A DNA stretch of 64,000 nucleotides, taken from contig CM075990.1 of NCBI GenBank assembly GCA_038087875.1, forward strand, positions 12,092,001 through 12,156,000. The letters run 5' to 3'. The first letter of the stretch is position 1; each line of letters opens with the position of its first letter. Origin of the DNA: Malacoraja senta. Its lineage: Eukaryota. Shown one piece after another: positions 12,101 through 25,300 of this stretch. The notes below the pieces were generated by a model. That model was not told where the DNA came from and searched no databases. It worked only from the letters and a program-made list of their open reading frames with translations. The position numbers were made by a program, and so were the translations under genes.

Positions 12101-14444
12101 GGTTCTCAGACCTTGTTTAGCATTTCCAATATCTGCCGCGTTTTTGCTTTTTGTCATTAAGTTATGATTTGTCTCTTTGTTAGAAGCCTGTTACAAACAT
12201 AAGGCTGTCACCATTACCAAGATAAGCCCCTGCACTCCAATGTAAGTGAAGTGGTGAGCTCTCGCCGATATGCGATGAGACTCCCTAACAAGACAAGTCT
12301 TTTATTCATTCCCAAAGAACTCCTCCACCCGCTGTCAGTTGAGACGAATTATTTCAATGATGTTGGCTGCACCATCAGAGAAGTTTTCAAGTGTTTGTGC
12401 TGTTAAGAGTTTTGAAAGGGGAGAAGAAAAGCTCTCAGCGATGGTTGAATTGCCGCGACACTCTATCCCTGTCTGAAATCAGTACAAAGGATAACCTGAG
12501 TAGACAATTTCCTTTTGGTGGAGAAGAATTGGATTTAGATTGTGCTTTCGTAGCTCTCTTATTGAAGTGCTGTCTTAGACGAGTTGTTTCCTTTGGGGGT
12601 GATCAAACACAGGAGCTGCAGCTCTAAAGGTGTACACAGAGCTTGGCAGAATAAACAAGCACATTAGAGACGGATTGAGGAGCCCCAGACCTCTGTAAAG
12701 CCATCCCCAGAATGTGCTCAGAGGCCTAACATCCTTGTACTTTATTCACTGCATGGCACAATTTCAAAAACCCAACAAGATTAGTGGCTCGGACTTCAGT
12801 GTAGAGAATTCACTTCCTCCTGTTGTAACGAGAGCACCAGGAGTATACAACCGTGAGCAGAATAGATAGGTTGAATGCCCAGAGCAGGGGCATCGACTTT
12901 AAGGTGAGAGGGGAAAGATTTAATGAGGGACAATTTTTGCACACAGACAATGGTGGGTATTTTTTTTTCACTTCGCTTTTAATTTAATTTTAATTTCAAC
13001 TTGTAGAATAGAATGCTATTTATTGTCATTCAAACCTAGGCATGAACGAAATATCATTACTACAGTTTTTTTACATTACAAAAAAAAACAAGACCCACAC
13101 TTAACACAGTTTACATAAACATCCATCACAGTGAGTCTCCAACACCTCCTCACTGTGATGGAAGGCAAAGTCTTATCTCTTCCCTTTATTCTTCACCCGC
13201 GGTCCAGCAGTCCAACTGCAGCGTCTAGGCGAACTGGGGCTCCGATGTTAAAGCCCCCGGCGGACGATGGTAAGTCCTGTGGCCATTTAGCCACGCCGGG
13301 CGATGTTAGGCCCCGGCTCCGTGTCCTCCAAACCCCGCGGTTCAAGCAGTCCAACCCGCAGTCCAACTGCAGCGTCTAGGCGAACTGGGGCTCCGATGTT
13401 AGAGCCCCCGGCAGACGATGGTAAGTCCCGTGGCCGCTAACCCGCGCCGGGCGATGTTAGGCCTCGTTCCATGTCCTTTAAACCTCGCGATTCCAGCGGG
13501 AGAAGTTCGTGTGCCTTTTTGTGCGTTGTGAGTGTTGGCAGACCGATTTCCCTCCGGGGATGGATAAAGCTTTATCGTATGGTATATGGAACAGGCTGCC
13601 AGAGGAGGCAATTGAGGCAGGTACTATGACAATATTTAAAAGACGTTCGTTCAGGTACATGGAAAGGCAGGTGGGGCTAGCGTAGATGGGGCATCTTGGT
13701 TGGCATGGACACGTTGGGCCAAAGGACCTGTTTCCATATTATGTGACTAGGACTATTTCAAATATATATCTCTATAGACAATAGACAATAGGTGCAAGAG
13801 TAGGCCATTCGGCCCTTCAAGCCAGCACCGCCATTCAATGTGATCATGGTTGATCATCCCCAATCAGTACCCTGTTCCTGCCTTCTCCCCATATCCCCTG
13901 ACTCCGCTATTTTTAAGAGCCCTATCTAGTTCTCTCTTGAAAGCATCCAGAGAACCTGCCTCCACCGCCCTCTGAGGCAGAGAATTCCAACGACTCACCA
14001 CTCTCTGTGAGAAAAAGTGTTTCCTCGTCTCCGTTCTAAATGGCTGACTCCTTATTCTTAAACTGTGGCCCCTGGTTCAGCCTTTGAAGAGATAACTAGT
14101 TATAATGTCAACTTTGGATGCTAGTATTCTCCAGCAGCGTTAAATTAGACGAGGAAGCTCTCATCATGTTGCGACTGGTGTGAACTGCAATGTGCAAATA
14201 AGCTGCTGTATCTAACATCATTACTTGTACTTCAGAGTTACTTCTCTAGGAGTGCAGTGCTGTGGGATGTCCTGAGGTGACTACAATTATATTTGAGGTG
14301 TTTGCTTTTAGATAGAAACATAGTAAATAGGTGCAGGAGTAGGCCATTCGGCCCTTCGAGCCAGCACCACCATTCAATATGATCATGGCTGAACATTCAA
14401 AATCAGTACCCCGTTCCTGCCTTCTCCCCATATCCCTTGATTCC

Positions 14445-15328
14445 AATTCAATTCAATTCAATTCAATTTATTTGTCTTTTGAGGGACAAATTTGTCATTT
14501 GGACCCCTTGAGGTCCAAACGAAATGTCGTTTCTGCAGCCATACAATACAAAACAAAGAAGACCCGAGACACAACACAATTTACACATACATCCATCACA
14601 ACGCTGTGATGGAAGGCAAAAATAACGTATCTCTCCACTGCACTCCCCCCCCCCCCCCCCCGATGTCAGAGTCAAAGTCAAAGCCCCGGGCGGGCGATGG
14701 TGATTGTCCCGCAGCCATTAAAGCCACGCCGGGTGATGCAGGGTCACGCACCGGGTCTTGGTGTTAGAGCCCCGGCGCTCGCCCGCAAAGTCCGGCAGCC
14801 ATTCCAAGCCGCGCGGGGGGACGATGTAAAGCCCCGCTCCAGGTGCGCTTCAACCCCGCAACTCGGGCGGGAGAAGTCGCCGCTGCGGAAGCCCCGAAAA
14901 GCGGTCTCCCACCAGGGGACCCGCGGGCTTCCGGTGTTGCCGTCCGCCAGACCCACGGTTGTAGCCTCCGAATCTCCGGCGGTCGGGTCGGGTAGCAGCA
15001 GCGCTCCACCACAGCTCCACCCGCTCCGGACTCGGCCAGCCCCGCGACGGTGAGTAGTCCGCAGCTCCACAGGAGCCCCAGGTCGTTCCTGCTGGAGGCC
15101 GCTCCACGTTGCCCAGCCCCAACGACAACGGAGACCCGACAAAGAAAAGGTCGGGTCTCCCGTGCAGCGGAAAGATTTTAAAGTTTCCCCCCCCCACCCC
15201 CACCCCCACCCCCCCACACACATACCCCGACAAAAAAAAATAATAAAAACTACATAAAAACGAGACAAAAATAATAAAAAGACAGACGGACTGCAGAGGC
15301 CGCTGCAACGAAAAGTCGCGCCGCCCGA
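14445..15328 (-). mobile_element. Non-coding, CpG-rich non-autonomous retroelement nested in a CR1 3' end
   Basis: TSD GATTCC at 14439-14444 and 15329-15334; (GAATT)n tail. Related 3' segments at about 13005-13500 (-), 48970-49320 (+) and 29497-29620 (+). Confidence 0.72.
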
Positions 15329-15875
15329 GATTCCGTTAGCCCCAAGAGCTAAATCTAACTCTCTCTTGACATAGTTCATGGTGTGGCAAACAATAGTTTA
15401 GAGTTCATATTCCACGATTGTGACCAGATTGTGTTGGTCTTTTCAGCATTCATCAAACTGGTTGAAGCAACAACACGACCCTCTCTGCAGCATCCAGGTT
15501 TACGCTGAATGTGTCGCATTGAATGTCCTACTATAGTCCAGTTTAGTTTATTGTCACCTGTACCAAAGTACAGTGAAAAGCTTTTCGTTGGGTGCTAACT
15601 AGTCAGCGGAAAGACAATACATGATTACAAAGAGTGTTCCTGAGATATCATCTACTTCACTGGAGACCCTTGGACTATCTTTTATTGGACTTTATCTTGC
15701 AACTAAATGTTATTCCCTTCATCATGTATCTGTACACCATGTATGGTTCGATTGTAATCATGTATAGTATTTCTACTGACTGGTTAGCATGCAGCAGAAG
15801 ATTTCACTGGACCCTGGTACACGTGACAATAATCACATCATCATCGTTAAAAACATCAGCGGGCACGGTGCCTTA

Positions 15876-16077
15876 AAGGCCTGTCCCACTTTCACGACCT
15901 AATTCATGACCTTTTTTATGCCACGAGTACCTACGACTAGCATCACGACCTACCTACGACCTACCTATGACCTATCTACGACCTCCTACGACCTCGTGAC
16001 GACTATGCTGCGAGTATGAATCAAGGGCAAACTCGGCAGAGGTCGTGAATTAGGTCCGTGTAAGTGGGACGGCCCCT
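15876..16077. mobile_element. PIF/Harbinger-type MITE
   Basis: TIRs AAGGCCTGTCCCACTT...AAGTGGGACGGCCCCT, TTA TSD on both sides, internal (CTACGAC)-like repeats. Confidence 0.82.
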
Positions 16078-19000
16078 TTACAATGCTATGCACGACAGTG
16101 ATCGAAACCTCTACTAACGCATGGATGTCCGTTAGCTCTCTAGGAGCTCATCCACCCTTTGACAGGTCTTGTTTTTGGTCCTGCTGGGGGTCCACAGCCC
16201 CCTCCTCACCTGGCAAACCAGGTGGGGGAGACGGTTTAGTCGCCGACTATCCGACCATGGAGCAGGTAGCACGGGATTACATGGTACCCGTGGGCATACC
16301 TTGAGGAGATTTTGCAGGGGGTGAACTCACCCTGACCTGACCATAAACTAAACTAAACTAAATTAAACTATCTATAGATGAGACGGGCAGCCAGTAGCTT
16401 TCTTATGGCTGGAATTATCCAGGAATGAGTCCTAGATGTTATTTCAAAATAGAGCATGGAGATTCTCCCAAATTCACGGGCGAGGATGTATCTCTTCAGA
16501 AGGGTCTTGACCTGTAAAATCAGTCTGAAGAAGGGTCTCGACCCAAAACATCACCCATTCCTTCTCTCCAGAGACGTTGCCTGTCCCGCTGAGTTACTCC
16601 AGCATTTTGTGTCTATCTTCAATTTAAACCAGCATCTGGAGTTCTTTCTGACACTGGAGTCTCTTGAGTATTTTTCTGAACAAACAGTGCTGTTTTCATC
16701 AGCAGTCAGCATGACCTTAAATGACAGGCTAGTCTTTGTTTCGGAATAAATATCCGTTTGTGCAAAATAGGCCACTGGTGCCTGTTAGGACCGGAAATGA
16801 AATAATGTCCTTATTCATATCTGTGGTTGCATTTCTGCAGGGTCTGGTTCACGTGAGATTTCTAACTGGTGTTTTGGGGGAGTCCTGTTTGAAAGATGGG
16901 TGGCAATGACTCGAGCTCCGTGGCTCCGAAGTGCTTTATAATTGTTGAGATCATTAGAGTGCTCTCACTTCTGGACCCAGAATTAGATATTACTCCACTA
17001 TATCACTGAATACTGATATTAGTTTTCATTTGTTCTCATTTGTGCCATGTTAATTGTGATTTGTGGATCATATCCTCGATTCCATCCAGCTTTATTAGAA
17101 ACCTCCAACCCCTTGATCTTGGCCCTCTGCTTTTATTTGCTATTACTCTGTTACAATTGCTCTTCAATATTTGGGGGTGGAGGCAAACAGTTTAATAAAA
17201 TGATATAAATCACTTCAGACAAACTCTGCACGTTACTGGAAGCTCAGTTCAAGTTACTGCATGTGAAATGTTCTTCCCTCTTGTACTGGAAGACAACGTA
17301 TAGCATTAAAAGGTGATCTCTGGAGGAAATGGATGGGCGACGTTTCGTATCGGGACCCTTCGTCTGAAGAAGGGTCCCAACCCGGAACGTCACCCACCAT
17401 TTTTCTCCAGAGATGCTGCCTGACCTGTTGAGTTACTCCAGCACTTTGTGTCTATCTTCGGTGTATACCGGCATCTGCTGAACCTCCCTACACATTTTGT
17501 CTGCCCCACTGCAAAATCTCCTCAAGGTATGCCTACTTTGAAGAAGTTCACTTCCTCTCTCCCACCCTCTGTCCCTTCTCCCCCTCTGTCATTCCGACTG
17601 CTCTCCAGCTAAACAAAGCCTGAAGAAGGGTCCCGCTCCAAATGTCACCCATCCTTTTTCTCCAGAGATGCTGCCTGACCTGCTGGTTTACTCCAGCACT
17701 TTTTGTCTATCTGAAGCATTACTTACCAAAGACCAATGGGCCCAGGTGTTCTATGTGATGAGTGCAGACTGCGCCCATTGTGGAGATTATGTCTATCCAG
17801 GGGGCCTTTGGAGAGATGAGAAGGAATTTCTGTACTCAGTGGGTGGTGAATCTGTGGAACTCATTGCCACAGAAGGCTGTGGAGGCCAAGTCAGTGGATA
17901 TTGTCAAGGCAGAGATAGATAGATTCTTGATCAGTAAAGGGGTCGGGGTTTGTGGGGAGAAGGCAGGAGAATGGGGTTGAGAGGGAAAGATAGACTAGCC
18001 ATGATTGAATAGCGGAGTAGACTTGGTGGGCCTAATTCTGCTCCTAGAACGTATGGACTTAATGGAGATGTGTGTATTCAATGATCCAGTGGCTGCTGAA
18101 TGCTCTTCAGCCGACCCCCTCACCGACTGGTAATGTGGGTGTCTGCCATAAAGATGAGTGTCCATTAGGGATCATTTTGATAAACATCAGACGTATTAAT
18201 TGAAGGCACCTCATTGATTGAGGAGCTCTGTTAAATGTTGAGAAATAATGAAGTGATTCAACGCAGTGCTTCAAAAATACCGCAGTGTTTACTGTTTACA
18301 TTGTTCATCCTCCAGTTGGAAAGTTTACAATGTGCATTCTTAAATATTGGAAAGAAATATTGCTTAAGATCTGAAAAAGACCCCTCAGTACCCAATACCA
18401 GCGGGCACACCTCGACAATATAGAGGGAGTGATATACAGGTGAGGTGTTAAATTGTGATTCCATTCGGCTCTTTAAACACAAACGATCCTCTGGCATATC
18501 TAGAAGAAGATAATTTGTCCAAAGGTTTTCCAGTTAATAGAAGCAATTACACCATATATCTTCCTTTTTTAATTTATTTTGCCTTCTTCACTTCTCATCT
18601 TTTCATTTAATTTTGCCTCTTGTTTCTTTGTTTCTCTCTCATTTTCCCATCGGTGCGGTTGCTTGGCAAACACACGGACCTTTTTACACCCGGCAAGGTC
18701 CACACGGCTGCAACGATACCGTCTTCATTCGGCGCTCGAAGGAGAAATCTTCACGGGGAGAGCTCCCTGTTCCTTTTATCAATGGTTCAGAGGGTTTAAT
18801 GTCTCAGCTGAACGAAGGCACCTCACGCAATCAGTGCTACTCTCATGTGTCACTTTAGATTAGGCTCTCGTGTGTGGAGTGGATTGAGAATGCAGACCCT
18901 GAGGCTTTAGCCAAGCCGATAAAAATCCATGAGGATTTGAAGTGACTCTCCCCACAATCTCTTCGCTGAATGAGTTTCTCAATCTTTTGAAGTTTGTTTT

Positions 19001-20550
19001 AAAATATTAGTGCAGTAGGTCATAAGGACTGTTGGAACAATACATGGAGCAACTAAGTACCAAGGTAAACTAACCTCATCTGCTCATGTCATAAGGAATA
19101 GGAGTAAAATTAGGCCATTCGGCCCATCAAGTCTGCTCCGCCATTCAATCATGGCTGATCTATCTCTCCCTCCCAACCCCATTCTCCTGCCTTCTCCCCC
19201 CATAACCTTTGACACCTGTACTAATCAAGAATCTATCTATCTCTGCCTTAAAAATATCCACTGACTTGGCCTCTATAGCCTTCAGGATCTATAGGATCAA
19301 TAAACTCATCAGGAAGGTTGGCTCTGTCCTGGGGGCAGAGTTGGATTTACTGGAGGTTGGTCTTGGAGGGGAGGATGCTCCTCAAACTGCGGAGCATCAT
19401 GGACAATGCAGCTCACCCCATCCACGACACACTGGTCAACCTGAGGAGCACCTTCAGTAACAGACTGGTTCCACCAAGATGCAGGACAGAAGGCCACAGG
19501 AGATCCTTCTTCCCTGTGGCTTTCAAACTGTACAACTCCTCCCCCTTCTGTCATGGGGTCGACTGAGACTTGACTCCCCTCAGTTTGACTCTGGTGCCTT
19601 GGGGTATTTTTTGCCACAATGCCGTCACTACTTAATGAAAGATTCATATGATGCATGCCAGGTGTAATTCATGAATTGGCTTCACCCGAGATTGGTCCTG
19701 ATGTGGAGTGACTCTGCTATAGTGTGGGCGAAGTGATCAGCACAGATGCATTCAGGGAAGGGTCAGTGCATTCATGAGGGAGGAATGAATAGAAGCCCAC
19801 ATCAACAGATGGAGGTAGTGTGGGCAGAAGCTTGGGCAGGGCCAAATGGTATATTTTCCTGTGCCTGAAATGCAATGTAATTCCATCTAATTTTGGAGGA
19901 GTAAATGCCCCCTCATCTGCCTGTCAATGCGACAACGTATTGCCATAATCCCGTTCCTTTCTCTGCATTCTTTGTGAACCTCAAATTCATGCATTTGCAG
20001 GGAGATGTTCGTCTTGTTTTAACAGCAGGAGATAAAAAAAAGTCTGCAGTGCTTCGTGAATGATAATGGGTTGGTGACGTGCCAGATTCCAGCTTCAAAG
20101 GCATCTATTTGGCACTGCCTCAATGAGGCCCTGACTGTTTATTATTTAAAAGGCTAACATTTACAGTATTTAAACAAATGTAATTCCATGCTGATCAGGA
20201 TAAACCCATATCTGGGAACATAGTCTACCGATTAATGTCAAACATGCGCCAACTCTTACACTGAAAAATGTTTTAAAGAGGAAACTAATTTGTATGTTCC
20301 CGTCATTGAAGTTACTGACAAAATATATTGAAAGAATTGAGCAGTTATTCAAGCTGAAGTTCATTAGTTCATAAGTGATAGGAGCAGAATTAGGCCATTC
20401 GGCCCATCGTCTACTCCACCATTCAATCATGGCTGATCTATCGTTCCCTCTTAACCCCATTCTCCTGCCTTCTCCCCATAACTCCTGCCGCAATGTAGTT
20501 AGGCTGCCTACATTGAAGGTATACAAAGTCCAACTTTAGTTTATTTTCAT

Positions 20551-20855
20551 TTAGTTTAAAGATACAGCGTGGAAACAGGCCTTTTGGCCCACCGGGTCCG
20601 CGCCGACCAGCGATTGCCTCACATTTACACTATCCTACACCCACCAGGGACAATTTTACATTTACCAAGCCAATTGACCTACAAACCTGTACGTCTTTGG
20701 AGTGTGGGAGGAAACCGAAGATCTCGGAGAAAACCCACTGGGTCACGGGGAGAACATACAAACTCCGTGCAGACAGCGCCCGTAGTCGGGATCGAACCCG
20801 GGTCTCTGGTGTTGCATTCACTGTAAGGCATCAACTCTACCGCTGCGCCACCATG
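20551..20855 (-). mobile_element. tRNA-derived V-SINE (HE1-like)
   Basis: Near full-length copy with A/B boxes and a (TAAAC)-like tail. Confidence 0.82.
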
Positions 20856-20930
20856 ACAGAACTAAATAAGGGCTGGAGCTACCTGACACCAATGCTTCCT
20901 CCTGGAGCTGAGTGATGTTCTGTTCATGAT

Positions 20931-21480
20931 GTCATAAAGGATAGGAGCAGAATTAGGCCATTCAGCCCATCAAGTCTACCCCACCATTCAATTATGGTTG
21001 ATTTATCTCTCCCTCCAAATCCATTTCTCCTGCCTTCTCCCCATAACCCCTGACACCCGTACTGATCAAGAATCTATCCATTGCTGCCTTAAAAATATCC
21101 ACTGACTTGGCCTCCACAGTCTTCGGCCGCAAAGAATTCCACAGATTCACCACCCTCTGACTAAAGAAATCCCACCTCATCACCTTCCTAAAGGAAAGTC
21201 CTTTAATTCTGCGACTATGACCTCTAGTCCTAGACTCTCCCACTAGTGGAAACATCCTCTCCACATCCACTCTATTCCAAGCATGTGTTAGCCCACTCAA
21301 TCCTGGGATCATTCTCGTAAACCTCCTCCGGACCCTCTCCAGAGCCAGCACATCCTTCGTCACATATGGCGCCCTACATTGTTCACAGTTCTCCAAATGA
21401 GGCCTGACCAGAGCCTTATAGAGCCTCAGCATAGCATCCCTGTTTTTGTACACAAGCCCTCTTGAAACAAATGCGAGCAA
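20931..21480 (-). mobile_element. CR1 LINE 3' fragment
   Basis: Encodes LYKALVRPHLE...RTRGHSRRI...FFSQRVVNLWNSL, followed by a CR1 3' UTR. Confidence 0.85.
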
Positions 21481-22149
21481 CTGCGTTGGGGCAGTGGTGT
21501 AGTGTGTTATTTGTATTGCTTCAGCTGAATAGAATCGTGTTGGTACTTTTATATAATTTCAGTAAAGACTGCACAGGATGCAGAGCTGAGCGCAGGTGCC
21601 AGCCAGCATCGCCTGGCAGTGTGGCTGGGCTGGGCTATTTATCTTGTCTCGCTCGGAACAGATGGCAATTGCTTTTCATCTTAAGCTGTGCGTCTTGTTC
21701 AGTCGGGGGAGCTGGAGGTGACAGACTCGAGGGGTTCTTCATCAAAGTACACCACTTGCCACGGCCCGATGAAAGTTGTTGCGATGTATTGGCTGTCCCC
21801 GTACCTTTCCTGCCCTCTCACTGCGATGTACATACATGCCCTGGTTAGAGAGGAAGGTTGAGGAGCGCTGGGTTCAAGTGTCACTCCGGAGACGTGCCGC
21901 CCGAAATTCCAGAGTCGTACTTGGGGAATTTTTATTGCACGTGTTCACAATACGTGGTCTCCGCCAGCATTTCTTATCAATCCCCTCTTGTCCCTGATGG
22001 AGGAGGTAATTAAGACTGAACCATATTGGAAGGTCTGGTATTTACTACACCTGAGCAGATGTTAAAAGCCAAATTCCTCCTCTAGAGGACATACTGAACC
22101 AGATGTGTTCATACTTGCCATTAATAAAACAAGCTTTAGTTCCAGGTTG

Positions 22150-22460
22150 AGTTGAGTTGAGTTTAGTTCAGAGATACAGCGTGGCAACAGGCCCTTCGGC
22201 CCATCGTTTCCGCACCGACCAGCGATCCCCGCACATTAACACTATCCTACACACACTAGGGACAATTTACATTTACACCAAGCCAATTAACCTACAAGCC
22301 TGTACATCTTTGGAACGTGGGAGGAAACCAAAGATCTCGGAGAAAACCCACACAAGTCGCGGGGAGAACGTGCACAAACTCCGTACAGACAGTACCCGTA
22401 GTCAGGATCGAACCCGGGTCGCTGGCGCTGTCAGGCGGCAACTCTACCGCTGCGCCACAG
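22150..22460 (-). mobile_element. tRNA-derived V-SINE (HE1-like)
   Basis: Near full-length family copy. Confidence 0.8.
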
Positions 22461-23384
22461 TGTGGAAACAGGCCCATCATGCCCACACCGGCCAACATGT
22501 CCCAGCTACATTAGTCCCACCTACTTGGTCAATATCCCTCCAAACCTGTCCTATCCATGTACCTGTCTAAATGTTTCTTAAACGTTGGGATAGTCCCAGC
22601 CTCAACTACCTCCCTTTTCCTTCAATCAACATGTCCTCCTTGCTCTGGGCAACTTTTGCTGACAAATTAAGAATAAAATAAAATAAAAGAACGTGACCTT
22701 TAGAAAGATGAGGAGGAATTTCTTCAGGCAGAGGGTGGTGAATTTATGGAATTCATTGCCTCAGGCAGCTGTGGAGGTCGTCAATGGATCTTTTGTTATG
22801 GAGGGGATTGATGGGTCCTTGATTAGTACGGGTGTCAAGGGTTATGGGGTGATGCCCGTAGAATGGTGTTGACAGGGAAAGATAGATCGGTTATTCATTA
22901 AATAAACCGTGTATTGGCAGATGCAATGGGGGAGGACCACCTGTTGAAGTCTACTTTGGGGGAAGAGGAAGGTGGAGGGGGGGGGGGGAGGGGAGGGAGA
23001 ACGACTAAACCCCTTCAATCAACATCCTAAGTAATTTTGTCATATCCTATTTCTGAGCAATCTTAATCAGATATCTTGGATTTTCAGGTTTTTTTTAAAT
23101 TATATAATTCTGGTGGATTTGGATTCAAGAGTTGCATAAATATTTTACAAGAAAACTTCCAGACATTTCTACAGATCTATGGACAGGGAAGGGTATGCAG
23201 GGATATGGGACAAATGCAGGCAAATGTGACTCGCCCAGAATACCAACGGTCGGTGTGTATAGGAAGTAACCGCAGATGCTGGGTCTCGACCTGAAACGTC
23301 ACCCATTCCTTCTCTCCAGAGATGCTACCTGTCCCGCTGAGTTGCTCTAGCATTTTTTTATTCTAACGGTCGGCATGGTTAATG

Positions 23385-23660
23385 TGTAAGAAGGAACTGC
23401 AGATGCTGCTTTAAATCGAAGGTAGACACAAAATGCTGGAGTAACTCAGCGGGACAGGCAGCATCTCAGGAGAGAAGGAATGGGCGACGATTCGGGTCAA
23501 GACCCTTCTTCAGACTGATGACTGCTTCAGTCTGAAGAAGGGTCTCGACCCAAAACATCGCCTATTCCTTTTCCCCATAGATGCCGCCTGTCCCGCTGAG
23601 TTTCTCCAGCATTTTTTTGTCTACTTTCGATTTTTCCAGCATTTGCAGTTCCTTCTTCAA
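23385..23660. mobile_element. Head-to-head Penelope-derived repeat pair
   Basis: Long inverted arms around CCCTTCTTCAGACTGA...TCAGTCTGAAGAAGGG. Confidence 0.75.
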
Positions 23661-24986
23661 CACTTCATCAGACTGATGTCAGGGGAGGGGGGCGAGACAA
23701 AGATAGAATGTAGGCGGAGACAGTAAGACTAGTGGGAGAACTGGAAAGAGGAAGGGGATGGAGAGAGAATGGGTAAGATGGGCTGAGGGCCCTGTCTCCG
23801 TGCTGTTTAGCTCTATGACTCTGAGTGGGCATGGGGTTGTGATGAATTCAATGTTGGGCCAGCTGGTTGCCCTCCACGCAGCACCAACTTGCAGTTCTAA
23901 GTTACAAATTGCAAGTAGTGGCGTTCCTTCTGTATCCTTGCCCGCCCGTTTCCAGATTTCAAGGTCTGATGAGTGTGCCTATGGAGATCTCTGCTGGAGC
24001 TTATAAATGATGCATTGCCATAGTAATTAGATTCACTTCATAATTTATCCTTGTTGTTCATAATTAATGAGGTGTTTGGGACTCGGATGCCCGACAAGAT
24101 CCCAAGGTAGGATTACTGTCGAATCTTAATGTGCCAGATGACTGAGGGGAGTTGAAGGGCCCTTTCTTGACCTGATTAGAGATAAATAAATGCAACAGTA
24201 CAATCAACATTCAACAAAGACATTCATTCTGTGTAGTAACTTTTTTCTGGATTAGTTGAATCATTGAAGTTTACAGCATGGGAGATGATTATTGACTCAG
24301 TGTGTGTACTAATGCTGCTTCCCAATGCTTGGTTATTTACAGGCGGGACAGTCACTGCCTCACAGCGCTGGAGACCCAGGTTCGATCCTGACCACAGGTG
24401 CTGTCTGTACCTTCTCCCAGTGACCGCGTGGGTTTTCTCCGGGCGCTCCGGTTTCCACCCACACTCCAAAGACATGCAGATTTGGAGGTTAATTGACTTC
24501 TGTAAAATGTAAATTGTCCCGAGTGTGGGATAGTGCCAGTGTATGGGGTGATGACTGGTCGGTGAGGACCTGGTGGATCGAAGGGCCTGTTTCCATGCCG
24601 CATCTCTATGGTCTAAGGTTACACTGTGTCAAGAGGTCGACTGGGAGTTTCGACCTTGCCCTACCCCATTAGGGAACGTGTTCCAGAACCATAACCCTTC
24701 TTTGGGTTGAAATAATTGTCTTTAATCCTTAAATCTGTGTGGCTCTGAATTTTTAACCCCTCTCAGAGTATTCGGTCTTTCCAGTCCATTCTGTTAATGA
24801 TATTTATGATGGAACACTTCTCAATTGAAACTTTCCTGAGCCTCAATCATTGCAAAATGAAACAACCTCTACTGAAGCAGCCTTTCATTGTAACTGAACT
24901 TTTCCTGGCCACCACCTGAACAATTTCTATACCCTGTTGAGGTCGTGTCAGATCCTCCTTGTAGCATGAGAACCTGAGATGTGCTC

Positions 24987-25300
24987 ATTAGTTTTAGTTT
25001 AGATACAGTGCGGAAACCCCAGGCCCTTCGGCCCACCGAGCCTGCGCCAACCAGTGAACCCCACACATTAACACTATCCTACACACACTAGGGACAATTT
25101 ACACATGCACCAAGCCAATTAACCTACATACCTGTATGTCCATGGAGTGTGGGAGGAAACCGAAGATCTCGGAGAAAACCCACGCGGTCACGGGGAGAAC
25201 GTACAAACTCCGTGCAGACAGAACCCGTAGTCAGGATCGAACCCGGGTCCCCGGCGCTGCATTGGCTGTAAAGCAACAACTCTACCGCTGCGCCACCGTC
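24987..25300 (-). mobile_element. tRNA-derived V-SINE (HE1-like)
   Basis: Near full-length family copy. Further copies at about 24340-24615 (+), 25965-26262 (-) and 27200-27545 (+). Confidence 0.8.

Noticed and set aside
15270..15328. Possible HDV-like fold at the 5' end of the 884-bp element (GGGCGG...CCGTCT GT)
   Set aside because: Only a P1-like pairing is present; there is no UYCACGU-type L3, no P2 partner and no catalytic C-N-A-A.
14744..15379. Overlapping 100-210 aa ORFs
   Set aside because: GC-rich repeat DNA poor in stop codons, with no recognisable domains.
15930..16000. Short CTACGAC repeats superficially like a CRISPR array or satellite
   Set aside because: These are internal repeats of a Harbinger MITE in a eukaryotic genome, with no unique spacers.
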